64,000 nt of DNA, taken from an uncultured Candidatus Actinomarina sp. GTDB taxonomy: Bacteria; Actinomycetota; Acidimicrobiia; Actinomarinales; Actinomarinaceae. The translations under genes were made by a program, and so were the position numbers. Every line of letters starts with the position of its first letter. Positions within the stretch are counted from its first letter, which is position 1. Below, piece after piece: positions 9,636-20,225 of this stretch. The stretch is from contig CACLXG010000001.1 in the NCBI GenBank assembly GCA_902610815.1, forward strand, positions 76,775 to 140,774, written 5' to 3'. The notes beneath the pieces are model-generated. The model made no database searches. It was not told the origin of the DNA and was given only the letters and a program-made list of their open reading frames with translations.

Positions 9636-11561
9636 TTGTCTAAGCTACATGAATATTTAAAATCACAAGAAAATTTAATTACAGCATCAGTCGAAGGAAA
9701 AACACTCATTGATTTTATAGATAGAAACGCTGAAGAGTACCCTAACTACCCAGCTCTAAACACTCCAGCAAATAGTGAATACTCTGCTTGGGATTCTATT
9801 TCTTGGTCTGAATATAGAGATGTTTCAAAAAATTTAGCATCTGGTTTAATGTCTTTGGGTTTAGGGCCTGGTGATACAGCATTTATAATGTCAAATAACA
9901 CTAAAGAGCATAATATTTCTGATTTAGGAATAGTTTATTGCGGTGCAACACCATCTACTTTATATAAGCAGTTGAAGTCATCTCAAATAGAATATGTAGC
10001 AAACTTGATGGAAGCAAAGATTGCAATTGTTGGTGATTTAGAATTGTTTGCAGAGGTAAACGCAGCTAAAGAACAATGCCCTAAATTAGAAGCAATAGTT
10101 TTAGTGGATGGATACGAAGATAAAAGAGATTTAGATTATGTTCATAGCTATCAAGAATTAATTGAAAAGGGTAAAACCATAAACGATGAAGATAGTTCTA
10201 AATTAGATTCAGCTAGTTCTACTGTTACCCCAGATTCTTTAGCATGTTTAATATTTACTTCAGGTACAACTGGAAAGCCAAAAGGTGTAATGATTTCCCA
10301 CAGAAATGTTCTTTGGACAATAGAGAGCTTGTTTGGCCAGATGATTCCTGCAAGTAAATTTCCAAGAATTGTATCTTATTTGCCAATGGCACATATAGCA
10401 GCACGAGCAGGAGATCATTATCAGTCTATTTATAGAGTTGGACAAATCTTTCCAGTCCCCGTGTTAGACGACATGAAAGACGCTCTACCTACAATTAAAC
10501 CTTCCGTATTTCTAGCAGTTCCAAGAGTGTGGGAAAGGTTTAAGGCTGGCTTACAAGCAAGAATTGAAGAAAATCCTAAAAAAGACCTCATAGACAAGGC
10601 AATTGCAAATGGACTAGAAAAAGTAGATTATGAACAACGAGGAGAATCAGTACCGCTTGGTATCAAAATAAAAGACAAACTCTTTGCAAAACTTGTGTTC
10701 TCCAAATTTAAAGAAGGTCTAGGCATAATGGATACAGAGTATTTTGTAACAGCTGCTGCACCAATGAATAAAGATGTTCATAGATGGTTTCACGCGATTG
10801 GGATAGATGTAACTGAAATTTACGGCATGACAGAGGATACCGGACCTGCAACAATAGGGGTTCCGGGAAATGCTGTAGAATCTTTCGTAAAGAAATTAAA
10901 AGTAGATGGTATTGAAGTTCCTAGTGTTCTTAACCCTATTGGAAAAGTTGGGATTCCTATTCCAGGTACAGAAGTTAAAGTAATGGATGATGGAGAGCTG
11001 TGTATTAAAGGTAATCACGTTGCACAAGGATATTACAAATCCGAGGAACAGACTGCTGAAACATTTGATGAAGATGGATGGCTACATACTGGCGATTTAG
11101 CTGAAATAGATTCTGAAGGTTATGTGAAAATTATCGGGAGAAAAAAAGAAATCTTAATTACTTCTGCTGGAAAGAATATTGCTCCAGTAGAAATTGAGGA
11201 TTTAGTTAAACCCCATCCTTTAATTGGCCAAGTGTGTGTTGTGGGAGATGGTAAGAAATTTCTATCAGCACTAATTGTTCTTGATGGCGATGGTGGAGCT
11301 GAAACATGGGCTTCAGAAAATGGGGTTGAATACTCTATAAAAGACATGGCCAAAAATGAAAAAGTTATTCAAGCAGTACAAGAGCAAGTTGATAAAGCTA
11401 ATTCTCAAGTTGCTAACGTACAAGGAATAAAAAAGTTTGTTCTTCTTGAAAATGAATGGACAGACTCAAGTGGCGAGTTGACACCAACACTAAAACTAAA
11501 GAGAAGTGTTATCGCAGAGATGTATCATAATCAAATTGAATCAATGTACGAGGGGGTGTAA
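9636..11561 (+). CDS. fadD: Long-chain fatty acid-CoA ligase (AMP-dependent synthetase)
   Basis: IFTSGTTGKPKGV, YGMTE, GWLHTGD, GKNIAP and ELTPTLKLKR; AGGAGG RBS before the TTG start. Confidence 0.9.
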   Translation: MSKLHEYLKSQENLITASVEGKTLIDFIDRNAEEYPNYPALNTPANSEYSAWDSISWSEYRDVSKNLASGLMSLGLGPGDTAFIMSNNTKEHNISDLGIVYCGATPSTLYKQLKSSQIEYVANLMEAKIAIVGDLELFAEVNAAKEQCPKLEAIVLVDGYEDKRDLDYVHSYQELIEKGKTINDEDSSKLDSASSTVTPDSLACLIFTSGTTGKPKGVMISHRNVLWTIESLFGQMIPASKFPRIVSYLPMAHIAARAGDHYQSIYRVGQIFPVPVLDDMKDALPTIKPSVFLAVPRVWERFKAGLQARIEENPKKDLIDKAIANGLEKVDYEQRGESVPLGIKIKDKLFAKLVFSKFKEGLGIMDTEYFVTAAAPMNKDVHRWFHAIGIDVTEIYGMTEDTGPATIGVPGNAVESFVKKLKVDGIEVPSVLNPIGKVGIPIPGTEVKVMDDGELCIKGNHVAQGYYKSEEQTAETFDEDGWLHTGDLAEIDSEGYVKIIGRKKEILITSAGKNIAPVEIEDLVKPHPLIGQVCVVGDGKKFLSALIVLDGDGGAETWASENGVEYSIKDMAKNEKVIQAVQEQVDKANSQVANVQGIKKFVLLENEWTDSSGELTPTLKLKRSVIAEMYHNQIESMYEGV

Positions 11562-11563
11562 AA

Positions 11564-12469
11564 GTGGCTGAAGTTACATTCGAAAATAAGACTGTAATTG
11601 TTACTGGAGGGGGAAATGGTCTAGGTAAAGCATACGCTCTTGACATGGCTTCTCGTGGTGCAAAAGTTGTAGTTAATGATTTAGGCGGTGCAGTAGATGG
11701 TTCTGGATCTGGAAATACACCAGCAGATGAAGTCGTAAACGAAATTATAGCGAATGGAGGAGAGGCTGTTGCTAATTATGATTCTGTTGCAACTAAAGAA
11801 GGCGGTGAATCTATTGTGCAAACTGCAATTGATAATTTTGGCACAGTTGATGCAATTGTAAATAATGCAGGAATCTTAAGAGATAAAAGTTTTGCAAACA
11901 TGTCGGAAGAAGAGTTATCTTTAATTATAGATGTGCATCTAAAAGGAACTTTTTATGTTTCTCAGCCTGCTTTTAAAGTAATGAAAGAAAATGCATATGG
12001 AAGGATTGTGAACGTAGCTTCACCTTCTGGTTTATTTGGTAATTTTGGCCAATCTAATTATGGTGCAGCAAAAATGGGTATAGTTGGCCTAACTAATGTG
12101 TTAGCAATTGAAGGTGCAAAATATAACATCAAAGTAAATGTTATAGCTCCTACAGCTTATACAAGAATGACTGAAGCGCTTCTTCCAGAAGATGTAGGAA
12201 AATTATTTAGTTCCGAGTTAGTTACACCTATGGTTTCTTACCTAGCATCAGAGGCATGTGAGCCAAGTCATGAAATCTTTGGAGTTGCTGCTGGACGTTT
12301 TGCACGTATTGGAATTATTACTCATAAAGGATATGTAAATACAAATGCTTCTGCTGAAGATATTGCTGACAATATTGAAGAAATAAGAAATATTGAAAAT
12401 GGTACATATCCTCTCAGCAATGAAGATGAGCTAATGATCATTCAGCAAGCCATACAAGGTAATCAATAA
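11564..12469 (+). CDS. SDR oxidoreductase, MFE-2-like 3-hydroxyacyl-CoA dehydrogenase
   Basis: TGGGNGLG, VVVNDLGG, NNAGILRD, GNFGQSNYGAAK. Confidence 0.88.
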   Translation: MAEVTFENKTVIVTGGGNGLGKAYALDMASRGAKVVVNDLGGAVDGSGSGNTPADEVVNEIIANGGEAVANYDSVATKEGGESIVQTAIDNFGTVDAIVNNAGILRDKSFANMSEEELSLIIDVHLKGTFYVSQPAFKVMKENAYGRIVNVASPSGLFGNFGQSNYGAAKMGIVGLTNVLAIEGAKYNIKVNVIAPTAYTRMTEALLPEDVGKLFSSELVTPMVSYLASEACEPSHEIFGVAAGRFARIGIITHKGYVNTNASAEDIADNIEEIRNIENGTYPLSNEDELMIIQQAIQGNQ

Positions 12470-12493
12470 GATAAAATTGATGTATAATTTCGT

Positions 12494-13711
12494 ATGGTAA
12501 AAACTGAAACTAAATACTCTGATGCAGAACAGCTAGTAAGAAGCAAATTAGATGATCTAATTGAATTCAGAAGTCAAACGGATGACATTAAAGAATTTTG
12601 GGGTAAACAATTTGATCTTGGACTTGCTTGGGTACAATTTCCAGAAGGTGCTGGCGGATTAGGATTGAATCCAAAATATCAACTTTTAATTACTGAAACT
12701 TTGAGGAATGAAGGAATCTCTCAACAAAACAGAGTTGCAAATATTCTTGGTATAGGAATGGGTGCACCAACAATTGTTGAGTATGGCACTCCAGAACAAA
12801 TTCAAACATACTTAAGACCAATGTTCACCACCGAAGAAATATGGTGCCAATTATTTTCAGAGCCAGGTTCAGGATCAGATTTGGCAAGTTTATCAACTAA
12901 AGCAGTAGATGATGGTGATGGCTTCATTGTAAACGGTCAAAAAGTTTGGACAACACTTGGACACTTAGCTAAATGGGGGTTAATAGTGACCAGAACAGAT
13001 CCAGATGTTCCAAAGCATAGGGGATTAACATTCTTTATAGTTGATATGGAATCCGATGGTGTAGATGTTAGGCCACTTCGACAAATAACCGGTGAAGCTG
13101 AGTTTAATGAAGTTTATTTTACTGATGTTAAGATTCCAAAGCAAAACATTTTAGGAAGCCTTGGAGATGGTTGGAGAGTTTCACTTGCAATATTAATGAA
13201 TGAGAGAGTTGCAATTGGTGGGAATGTTCGTGAAAGAGGAAGTGGTGCACCTGGTCATTTAGTTCAACTTTGGAACGATAAAGAACTCGATGATCCAGTT
13301 TCAAGAGACAAGTTAATAAAACTTTGGATTGAACAAGAAGCAGTGAGGTTAACAAATATTAGAGCATTTGAAAATAGAGAAAAAGGTACACCTGGTCCAG
13401 AGGGCTCTACTAGTAAATTATATGAAGCTGAAATCAATAAAGCATCATATGAATTTGGTATGGAAATGCTTGGTAATGATGCGTTACTATTCCCAAGAGG
13501 TTACGAGTTGACCCAACCTGAATTAAATTTTGAAAATGAGACTTTTGGTTTTACAGATACTCAGAGTCTTTTTCTAAGATCAAGAGCTAACTCAATAGAA
13601 GGTGGGACATCTGAAATAATGAGAAATATTATTGCTGAAAGGGTTTTAGGACTCCCAAGTGAACCAAAATTAGATAAAGACAAAGCTTGGAAAGATATTC
13701 CAAGGTCCTAA
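12494..13711 (+). CDS. Acyl-CoA dehydrogenase (actinobacterial FadE-type)
   Basis: WCQLFSEPGSGSDLASL, NGQKVWT, EFNEVYF, SIEGGTSEI. Confidence 0.9.
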   Translation: MVKTETKYSDAEQLVRSKLDDLIEFRSQTDDIKEFWGKQFDLGLAWVQFPEGAGGLGLNPKYQLLITETLRNEGISQQNRVANILGIGMGAPTIVEYGTPEQIQTYLRPMFTTEEIWCQLFSEPGSGSDLASLSTKAVDDGDGFIVNGQKVWTTLGHLAKWGLIVTRTDPDVPKHRGLTFFIVDMESDGVDVRPLRQITGEAEFNEVYFTDVKIPKQNILGSLGDGWRVSLAILMNERVAIGGNVRERGSGAPGHLVQLWNDKELDDPVSRDKLIKLWIEQEAVRLTNIRAFENREKGTPGPEGSTSKLYEAEINKASYEFGMEMLGNDALLFPRGYELTQPELNFENETFGFTDTQSLFLRSRANSIEGGTSEIMRNIIAERVLGLPSEPKLDKDKAWKDIPRS

Positions 13712-14322
13712 TAAATTACGCTAAATAAACCCTCAGAACAACTTATCATTATTTGACTATTTGCTGATTCATTTCTAAGAGTTTTAGAACTACCAGCTTC
13801 AATATTTTCTTTATCTAAGCTCCACTTAGCTCCTGAGATAGTAAATGACTTCAAATTTGTTATTGGTATGATACTAAATTTTGTACCTTCATTGAGAAAA
13901 ATGGATACATTATTTTTGAAAACAATAGTTTTATCCTTGTAAAGCCATGTTACATTTGTCGCGAATTCATAATTGATTATTAATGAAAAGATAGAAAACA
14001 AATGATCGATTTCACCTTCTTCCCCTCCTATTATAAAAATATTTTTTTCTTTTGGTTTTTTAATACTTTCCAAAGAAAGTTCAAAGTCTGTTTTATCTTT
14101 ATTTGTTTGATATTGAATTAAATCTATATTCATGTTTTCTACTTTTTTTAATAAAACAGGTTTAATTGAATCTAGGTCTCCTAGAACTTTTGATGGAGTC
14201 AATGATCTATCAAATAAATGAGCCGTACCATTATCAACACCAATTATTTCGTCAAATTCTAAATCTTTAAGGTTATAGCCAGTAGAGCAATTTCCACTTA
14301 ATGAAATTAAAACATTATTCAT
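13708..14322 (-). CDS. thiN: Thiamine pyrophosphokinase
   Basis: GVDNG, GDLDS, KDKTDFELSL and DH motifs with a C-terminal beta domain. Confidence 0.8.
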   Translation of the reverse strand: MNNVLISLSGNCSTGYNLKDLEFDEIIGVDNGTAHLFDRSLTPSKVLGDLDSIKPVLLKKVENMNIDLIQYQTNKDKTDFELSLESIKKPKEKNIFIIGGEEGEIDHLFSIFSLIINYEFATNVTWLYKDKTIVFKNNVSIFLNEGTKFSIIPITNLKSFTISGAKWSLDKENIEAGSSKTLRNESANSQIMISCSEGLFSVIY

Positions 14323-14395
14323 ATGTCAATTATATATAGCTACTTTAATTTATTAATTTCTCACATATCTCAAATAGGTTAAAATATATATATAT

Positions 14396-15022
14396 ATGAG
14401 TGAAGAATTTAAATTTAATATTGGCGATGAAGCGGTTAAAACTATTATTGATCTAAGAGATCAAGAACCTGGAGATAAGGAATATGCTTTATTCCTACAA
14501 ATCGATGGGGTACATGGTAATCAATTTACTTATGATCTTAGTTTTCTAGATATAAATCAAGCAAGATCAGATGACAAGAGAATTGATTTTGGGGATTTAG
14601 CTGTAATAATTGCTTCTAAAGATATTGATAAATTTGATGGTGCAAGCTTAGATATGTCTGAAGATCCAGACGCACCGGGATTAACTATGGACAACCCTAA
14701 TACACCAAGCCCTGCAATGATTGGTAATCCTGCTGATCTTCCAGAGTTGAAGGGTGAATTGGCTGAGAAAGTACAAGCAGTACTAGAAAATCAAATTAAT
14801 CCGGCTATTGCTTCCCACGGTGGTGCAGCGCAATTGATTGGTGTTGAAGGAAATGATATTTATCTAAGACTTGGTGGAGGTTGTCAAGGTTGTGGTATGG
14901 CACAAGTTACACTCACTCAAGGTATTGAAGCCTCGTTACGTGAAGCTGTTCCTGAAATAGGAAATATCATTGATGCTACCGATCATGCCGCTGGCGAGAA
15001 TCCATACTTTGCTTCTCACTAG
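14396..15022 (+). CDS. nfuA: Fe-S cluster carrier NfuA (A-type N-domain plus NifU C-domain)
   Basis: INPAIASHGG, GGGCQGCG, DATDH. Confidence 0.88.
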   Translation: MSEEFKFNIGDEAVKTIIDLRDQEPGDKEYALFLQIDGVHGNQFTYDLSFLDINQARSDDKRIDFGDLAVIIASKDIDKFDGASLDMSEDPDAPGLTMDNPNTPSPAMIGNPADLPELKGELAEKVQAVLENQINPAIASHGGAAQLIGVEGNDIYLRLGGGCQGCGMAQVTLTQGIEASLREAVPEIGNIIDATDHAAGENPYFASH

Positions 15023-15990
15023 ACACTAATAACAGTTTTACCTATATTTTTTCTACTCAGAAAGTTTTCTAAAGCTATAGAAGTTTCTTCTATTTTGTAA
15101 TTATTTTTTGGAACAATTTTAAGTTGTTCATTTTCAATATATGAAACTAATTCTTTAAAATCCTGGGCTGTTTCTTGTGGATAAGTATTTGTCCATCGAC
15201 CCCACCATACACCAACAATTGACACACCTTTAACGAGTGTTAAATTAAGGGATATTTTTGGAATCTGCCCGTTAGCAAATCCAATAACTAATAACCTACC
15301 ATTAAATGATGTTGCTCTTAACGCCTGTTCGGACATTTCACCACCTACGGGGTCTATAACTATATCTACACCTTTGCCGTCGGTTAATTCTTTTACTGTT
15401 TCTTTTAAATCAACTTGATCGTATCGTAATATTTCATCTCCACCCAAAGATTTGACATATTCGGCTTTATCTTCAGAACCAACAGCACATATAGTTTTTA
15501 ATCCCATAACTTTTGCTAATTGAATTGAGGCGGTACCAATTCCTCCAGAAGCTCCAAGAACTAAAAGAGTTTCTCCACTTTGTGCATTTGCACGCCTTTT
15601 AAGGGCATAGTAAGAAGTGCCGTAATTGATTGGTAGACTTGCTCCAGCTAAAGAACTAAAATTTTTGCTAACTGGAATTACTAAATTTTTATTTAGAGCA
15701 ACGAATTCAGCAAATCCTCCAATTGGAGGAATTCCAATTACCTTTGTTCCAACAGGGAAATCAACATTTTCACCTTTGTCTTCAATAATTCCACAAACTT
15801 CATTACCCGGAATAAATGGTGGATCAATTACAATTTGGTACTTTCCTTGAACTAAAAGAGCATCTGGGAAATTGACTCCAGCAACTTCAACTTTAATTAA
15901 TACTTCATCCTTACTAATAGCTGGTTTATCCAATTCTTTTATCTCTAATAAATTTGGCTCACCTAATTTTGTACATACGACAGCTTTCAT
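15019..15990 (-). CDS. NADPH:quinone oxidoreductase-like MDR family protein
   Basis: AGVNFPD, PFIPGNE, LGASGGIG, GRLLVIGFA. Confidence 0.85.
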   Translation of the reverse strand: MKAVVCTKLGEPNLLEIKELDKPAISKDEVLIKVEVAGVNFPDALLVQGKYQIVIDPPFIPGNEVCGIIEDKGENVDFPVGTKVIGIPPIGGFAEFVALNKNLVIPVSKNFSSLAGASLPINYGTSYYALKRRANAQSGETLLVLGASGGIGTASIQLAKVMGLKTICAVGSEDKAEYVKSLGGDEILRYDQVDLKETVKELTDGKGVDIVIDPVGGEMSEQALRATSFNGRLLVIGFANGQIPKISLNLTLVKGVSIVGVWWGRWTNTYPQETAQDFKELVSYIENEQLKIVPKNNYKIEETSIALENFLSRKNIGKTVISV

Positions 15991-17441
15991 TCTTCCCTCT
16001 TTGTAATTCCTGATAGTTTTTTAGCAAAATCTTTTTTTTCTTCAATATTTACTTTTCTTCTTATCTGCACTCTCTGTGCTTGTGGTGAGCCTGCGCCATG
16101 TAAAGATTCAGTTAAATAAGCAACCGCATTTCTACCTAAAGTCATATTTTCAATCAATCTTAAAATTTTTACGCGATCTTCTGAGTTAATATCTTTTTTT
16201 CCTTTTAAATACTTTTTTAGATCCTCAGACATTGAACCCTCATTAAAATCAATTCCTGAAGGCATTGACCCAACTAATCCACCTGCAAGGTCTTGTGCAA
16301 TTCGTCCAATCTCATAAGTTTCTTTTGTTACATGTTGTTTACATACATTTGCCAAAAGATCATCATTAATGAAGTTTCCTGACATAGTGCTTGATCCCTG
16401 AAGTGATGAAGCAATGCCAGTAGCATAAATTGTTTCATTGAGCTTATTCATTTCAACAATCTTATCTTTAATATGCGATGCTTCTTCAACACCATTGTAT
16501 TCTGCAATAGTAGCTGCAGCTCCAATAAGTACATCACCAACGCCTGATTTGCATACATAAGATCTTCTATGATATGTTGTAAATCTCTCAACTAACATAG
16601 ATGCAAATTCATACTCACCATTCATAAAAATGTATTCATTTGGTATGAATACATTATCAAAAATTACCATTGCTTCTTGGCCAGCAAAATATTTATTACC
16701 TACATCGTATTCACCAGGCTCCATACTCCTTGTATCGCATGACTGTCTACCATAGATATAGGTTATTCCTTCTGCATCAACTGGAATTGCACCAACTATT
16801 GCATAGTCCGTATCTTTATCAGATAGTCTCAAGGTAGGCATTACAACCATCCAGTGTGAATTTATACATCCAGTCTGATGTGCTTTCGCACCCTTAACAT
16901 AAACACCATCTTCTGTCCTTTTTACAATTCTTAAATACACATCTTCATCTTCTTGTTCGTGTGGTAATTTTGACCTATCACCTTTAACGTCCGTCATTGC
17001 ACCACCAATTACCAAATTGTATTTATGCATTTCAGTTAGAAAATTAATAAAATTCTTGTGATATTCAGTATTGTGTTTTTCATCAATTTCAAAAGTTACA
17101 GAATGAAGTGCATTGAACGCGTCCATGCCAACACATCTTTGAAAGCAGGTACCTGTTAGTTGACCAAGCTTTCTTTGCATTTTATTTTGTAAAAATAGAT
17201 CTTCATTGCTTTCTGCGATATGCAAAAATCTATTTATTTTTTCGCCAGTATATGGAGACGTTGCTGATGCCAATTCTGGTTCTCTAACAGCTAGTTCATA
17301 TGTTTCAGCCATCGCTTCAATGCTTGGTCTAATAATTGGATGATCTAAAGGTTCCTTAATGAGTTCACCCATAAGGTAAATTTTTAAATTTCTATTTTTA
17401 ATTGAATCCAAATAACTGTTTTTGTCAGTAATTTTATTCAT
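15987..17441 (-). CDS. abfD: 4-hydroxybutyryl-CoA dehydratase/vinylacetyl-CoA isomerase ([4Fe-4S], FAD)
   Basis: TGTCFQRCVGMDA (two Cys ligands), YHRRSYVCK (His and Cys ligands), AMTDVKGDR, GAKAHQTG, ESLHGAGSPQAQR. Confidence 0.9.
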   Translation of the reverse strand: MNKITDKNSYLDSIKNRNLKIYLMGELIKEPLDHPIIRPSIEAMAETYELAVREPELASATSPYTGEKINRFLHIAESNEDLFLQNKMQRKLGQLTGTCFQRCVGMDAFNALHSVTFEIDEKHNTEYHKNFINFLTEMHKYNLVIGGAMTDVKGDRSKLPHEQEDEDVYLRIVKRTEDGVYVKGAKAHQTGCINSHWMVVMPTLRLSDKDTDYAIVGAIPVDAEGITYIYGRQSCDTRSMEPGEYDVGNKYFAGQEAMVIFDNVFIPNEYIFMNGEYEFASMLVERFTTYHRRSYVCKSGVGDVLIGAAATIAEYNGVEEASHIKDKIVEMNKLNETIYATGIASSLQGSSTMSGNFINDDLLANVCKQHVTKETYEIGRIAQDLAGGLVGSMPSGIDFNEGSMSEDLKKYLKGKKDINSEDRVKILRLIENMTLGRNAVAYLTESLHGAGSPQAQRVQIRRKVNIEEKKDFAKKLSGITKREE

Positions 17442-17492
17442 ATTTAATTATACGTTTAGATTTTATGTCAAGTCTTTTAAATACTTGTTAAT

Positions 17493-18680
17493 TTATATGA
17501 CTTCAAATAATCCAGCAGCACCCATTCCACCACCAACACACATTGTGACAACTACATATTTTGCACCTCTTCGTTTACCTTCCATAAGAGCATGCATTGT
17601 CATTCTTGCGCCGGTCATTCCGTATGGATGTCCTATAGATATTGAGCCGCCATTTACATTATAAATTTCATTATCAATACCTAAATAATCTCTGCAATAC
17701 AAAGCTTGTACAGCAAAAGCTTCGTTTAGTTCCCATAAACCTATGTCATCAACACTTAAGTTATATTTATCAAGCAATTTAGGAACAGCATATATTGGCC
17801 CAATTCCCATTTCTTCTGGTGCTAAACCTGCAACTGCCATTCCTCTGTAATAACCTAGGGGATTAAGGCCTTTGTTTTCAGCAACCTTTGATTCCATTAC
17901 AACTACAGATGCAGATCCATCAGATAACTGAGACGCATTTCCTGCAGTTATGAACTTTCCTTCACCATACACTGGGACTAATGATGACAGACCTTCTAAA
18001 TTTGTTTCTGGTCTGTTGCCTTCATCTTTTTCTAAGATAGCTTCTTGTTCAGAAATTTCACCGGATTCTTTGTCTTTAACTAACTTAGTAGTAGTAGTTG
18101 AAATGATTTCGTCTTTATAAAGATCTGCTTCTTGTGCAGCTGCTGTTCTTTGCTGACTTTGTAGGGAGTACTCGTCTTGACTTTCTCTTGTTACATTATA
18201 TTTTTCAGCAACATGATCAGCAGTCTCAATCATTGGCATGTATGCATGTTGTGCATGAGCAGTTACATTAGTATCAATATCCACTCTAAATTCTGCAGTC
18301 TGTACGAGTGAAATAGACTCAACTCCTCCAGCTACAACAACGTCCATATTATCTGTTACAACCTGTTTTGATGCAGTCGCAATTGCCATCATTCCCGATG
18401 AACATTGCCTGTCTATTGTCATGCCAGGAACATTATCAGGAAGCCCAGCTGCAATTCCAGCTAATCTTCCTATATTTATAGCTTGTGAGCCTTGTTGCTG
18501 TGCACACCCTAAAACAACATCTTCAACCTCTTTTGGCTCGATTCCAGCTCTTTCCACAGCTTCTTTTATAGAGTAAGAGGCTAGGGTTGGGGCCGCAGTG
18601 TTATTAAATGCACCTCTATAGGCTTTACCTATTGGTGTTCTTGCTGCTGATACAATTACTGCTTCTCTCATGAATATCAA
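17493..18680 (-). CDS. Acetyl-CoA C-acyltransferase (thiolase); likely start ATG 18671
   Basis: RQCSSG, NEAFA, GHPYG and MCVGGGMG motifs. Confidence 0.93.
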   Translation of the reverse strand: MIFMREAVIVSAARTPIGKAYRGAFNNTAAPTLASYSIKEAVERAGIEPKEVEDVVLGCAQQQGSQAINIGRLAGIAAGLPDNVPGMTIDRQCSSGMMAIATASKQVVTDNMDVVVAGGVESISLVQTAEFRVDIDTNVTAHAQHAYMPMIETADHVAEKYNVTRESQDEYSLQSQQRTAAAQEADLYKDEIISTTTTKLVKDKESGEISEQEAILEKDEGNRPETNLEGLSSLVPVYGEGKFITAGNASQLSDGSASVVVMESKVAENKGLNPLGYYRGMAVAGLAPEEMGIGPIYAVPKLLDKYNLSVDDIGLWELNEAFAVQALYCRDYLGIDNEIYNVNGGSISIGHPYGMTGARMTMHALMEGKRRGAKYVVVTMCVGGGMGAAGLFEVI

Positions 18681-18692
18681 TATCTCCTTTTA

Positions 18693-19154
18693 CTATTCAT
18701 TTACAATATATAAAGTTAATGCTTCGACAACCGCTGCAGGTTTTTCTTTACCTTCAATTTCGATTGTGCAAGTTGTTTTCAAAAGCCATCTTCCATTTTT
18801 TTTATAATTAACTTCTGCAAGAACAAAACGACCTCTGATTTTACTATTTACAGGAACAGCTTCCATAAATCTGACTTTATCAGAACCGTAATTAATAGCC
18901 ATCTGAAATCCTTCTGGCATATATCCAATATCAGCTTGAAGGTAAGTAAGCAAGCTTAATGTTAAAAAACCATGAGCTATTGTTGTGCCCCATGGAGTTG
19001 CTTTTGCCATTTCAGGATCAACATGTATAAATTGGTGATCATTTGTTGCTTCTGCAAATTGATTAATTCTTTCCTGTGTAACTTCAAACCAATCAGAAAC
19101 ACCTACCTCTTCACCAATATGATTTTCTAGTTCATTTGCTGGAATAACTTTCAA
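18693..19154 (-). CDS. MaoC/NodN-like (R)-enoyl-CoA hydratase
   Basis: FAEATNDHQFIHVD and TIAHGFLTLSL hot-dog motif. Confidence 0.88.
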   Translation of the reverse strand: MKVIPANELENHIGEEVGVSDWFEVTQERINQFAEATNDHQFIHVDPEMAKATPWGTTIAHGFLTLSLLTYLQADIGYMPEGFQMAINYGSDKVRFMEAVPVNSKIRGRFVLAEVNYKKNGRWLLKTTCTIEIEGKEKPAAVVEALTLYIVNE

Positions 19155-20173
19155 AATATCTCCTTAAGTAGATTCTTATTGGATGCTTTTTTTGCAAAAC
19201 TTAATGTGCTTTGACCAAATGCATCTACATCTTTCTTCTCAACATTACCATAATAACCAAGAGAATACCTTACGTAGACTCCCTCCATTATCATTGCATG
19301 TTTCCAAAAAGAAAGTCGTACATAGAATTCAATATTTTTTAAATCAAGGTCTGATTTAGATTCATATAGATTAATTATTTCTTGCCTACTTGGGAATCCA
19401 TCACTCAATGAGGGAGAATATATAAACGGAGTATCAGTTTCATTCTTATTTGACCAAGAAGCAATCACAGTTCCTAAATCAGCTAATGGATCACCTAATG
19501 TACAGAGTTCCCAATCAACAATTGCTGCAACTAAGTTATTATTTACCCTAACATTATCTAATCTATAATCTCCATGAGTAATACTTACTTTTTGTTGTGT
19601 GGGGATAGTATCGAATAATAATTTTGTAGCAATATCTAAATCGGTAATATCTCTTACTTTTTGTGCATTAAATTGTTTTGTCCATCTGTTTAACTGTCTT
19701 AAGACATAGTCTTCATGTTTTCCTAAATCATTTAATTTAGAATTTTTTACATCGAAAGTATGCAATTCAGCAAGTGTTGAAATAAATGAATTGGTAATTT
19801 CTTCTTTATCATTTTTCGAATAATTTTCAGCTATTACATTATCTGCAATAGTTACACCTTCAATATATTCCATAATATAAAAATCATCATCTGAAACTGT
19901 TCTATCGGTGCATAAAAGAATAGGTTTTGGAACTCTTATATTATTTTTACTCAGTTCACTAATAATTCTGTATTCACGTTGCATATTATGTGCAGACTCT
20001 AATTTATCTCCAAACGGAGGTCTTCTTAGAACATAAATTTGCATATCGTCAAAAATTTTAAAAGTAATGTTTGATCTACCTACTTTAAATTTTTCAAATT
20101 TAAATTGGTTATCCAAGTCAAGATTGGAAGCTATATAGTTTCTTATTTTTTCATTAAAAAATTCCATTAACAA
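19151..20173 (-). CDS. APH-family phosphotransferase, ACAD10/11 kinase-domain/LvaA-like
   Basis: GRSNIT, YVLRRPP, SAHNMQREY, HGDYRLDN, DWELCTLGDPLADL. Confidence 0.85.
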   Translation of the reverse strand: MLMEFFNEKIRNYIASNLDLDNQFKFEKFKVGRSNITFKIFDDMQIYVLRRPPFGDKLESAHNMQREYRIISELSKNNIRVPKPILLCTDRTVSDDDFYIMEYIEGVTIADNVIAENYSKNDKEEITNSFISTLAELHTFDVKNSKLNDLGKHEDYVLRQLNRWTKQFNAQKVRDITDLDIATKLLFDTIPTQQKVSITHGDYRLDNVRVNNNLVAAIVDWELCTLGDPLADLGTVIASWSNKNETDTPFIYSPSLSDGFPSRQEIINLYESKSDLDLKNIEFYVRLSFWKHAMIMEGVYVRYSLGYYGNVEKKDVDAFGQSTLSFAKKASNKNLLKEIF

Positions 20174-20225
20174 ATATCTTATGATTTAATTCTCTTGGTC
20201 TCAAGTTAATTGATAGAATAAAGCA

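Noticed and set aside
14384-14397. (AT)n run upstream of nfuA as a phase-variation tract
   Set aside because: It is short and expected by chance in AT-rich DNA; there is no evidence of length variation.
15987-17441. Annotation as 4-hydroxyphenylacetate 3-monooxygenase (HpaB)
   Set aside because: Same fold, but the Cys/His Fe-S ligand motifs of AbfD are present and no flavin reductase is adjacent.
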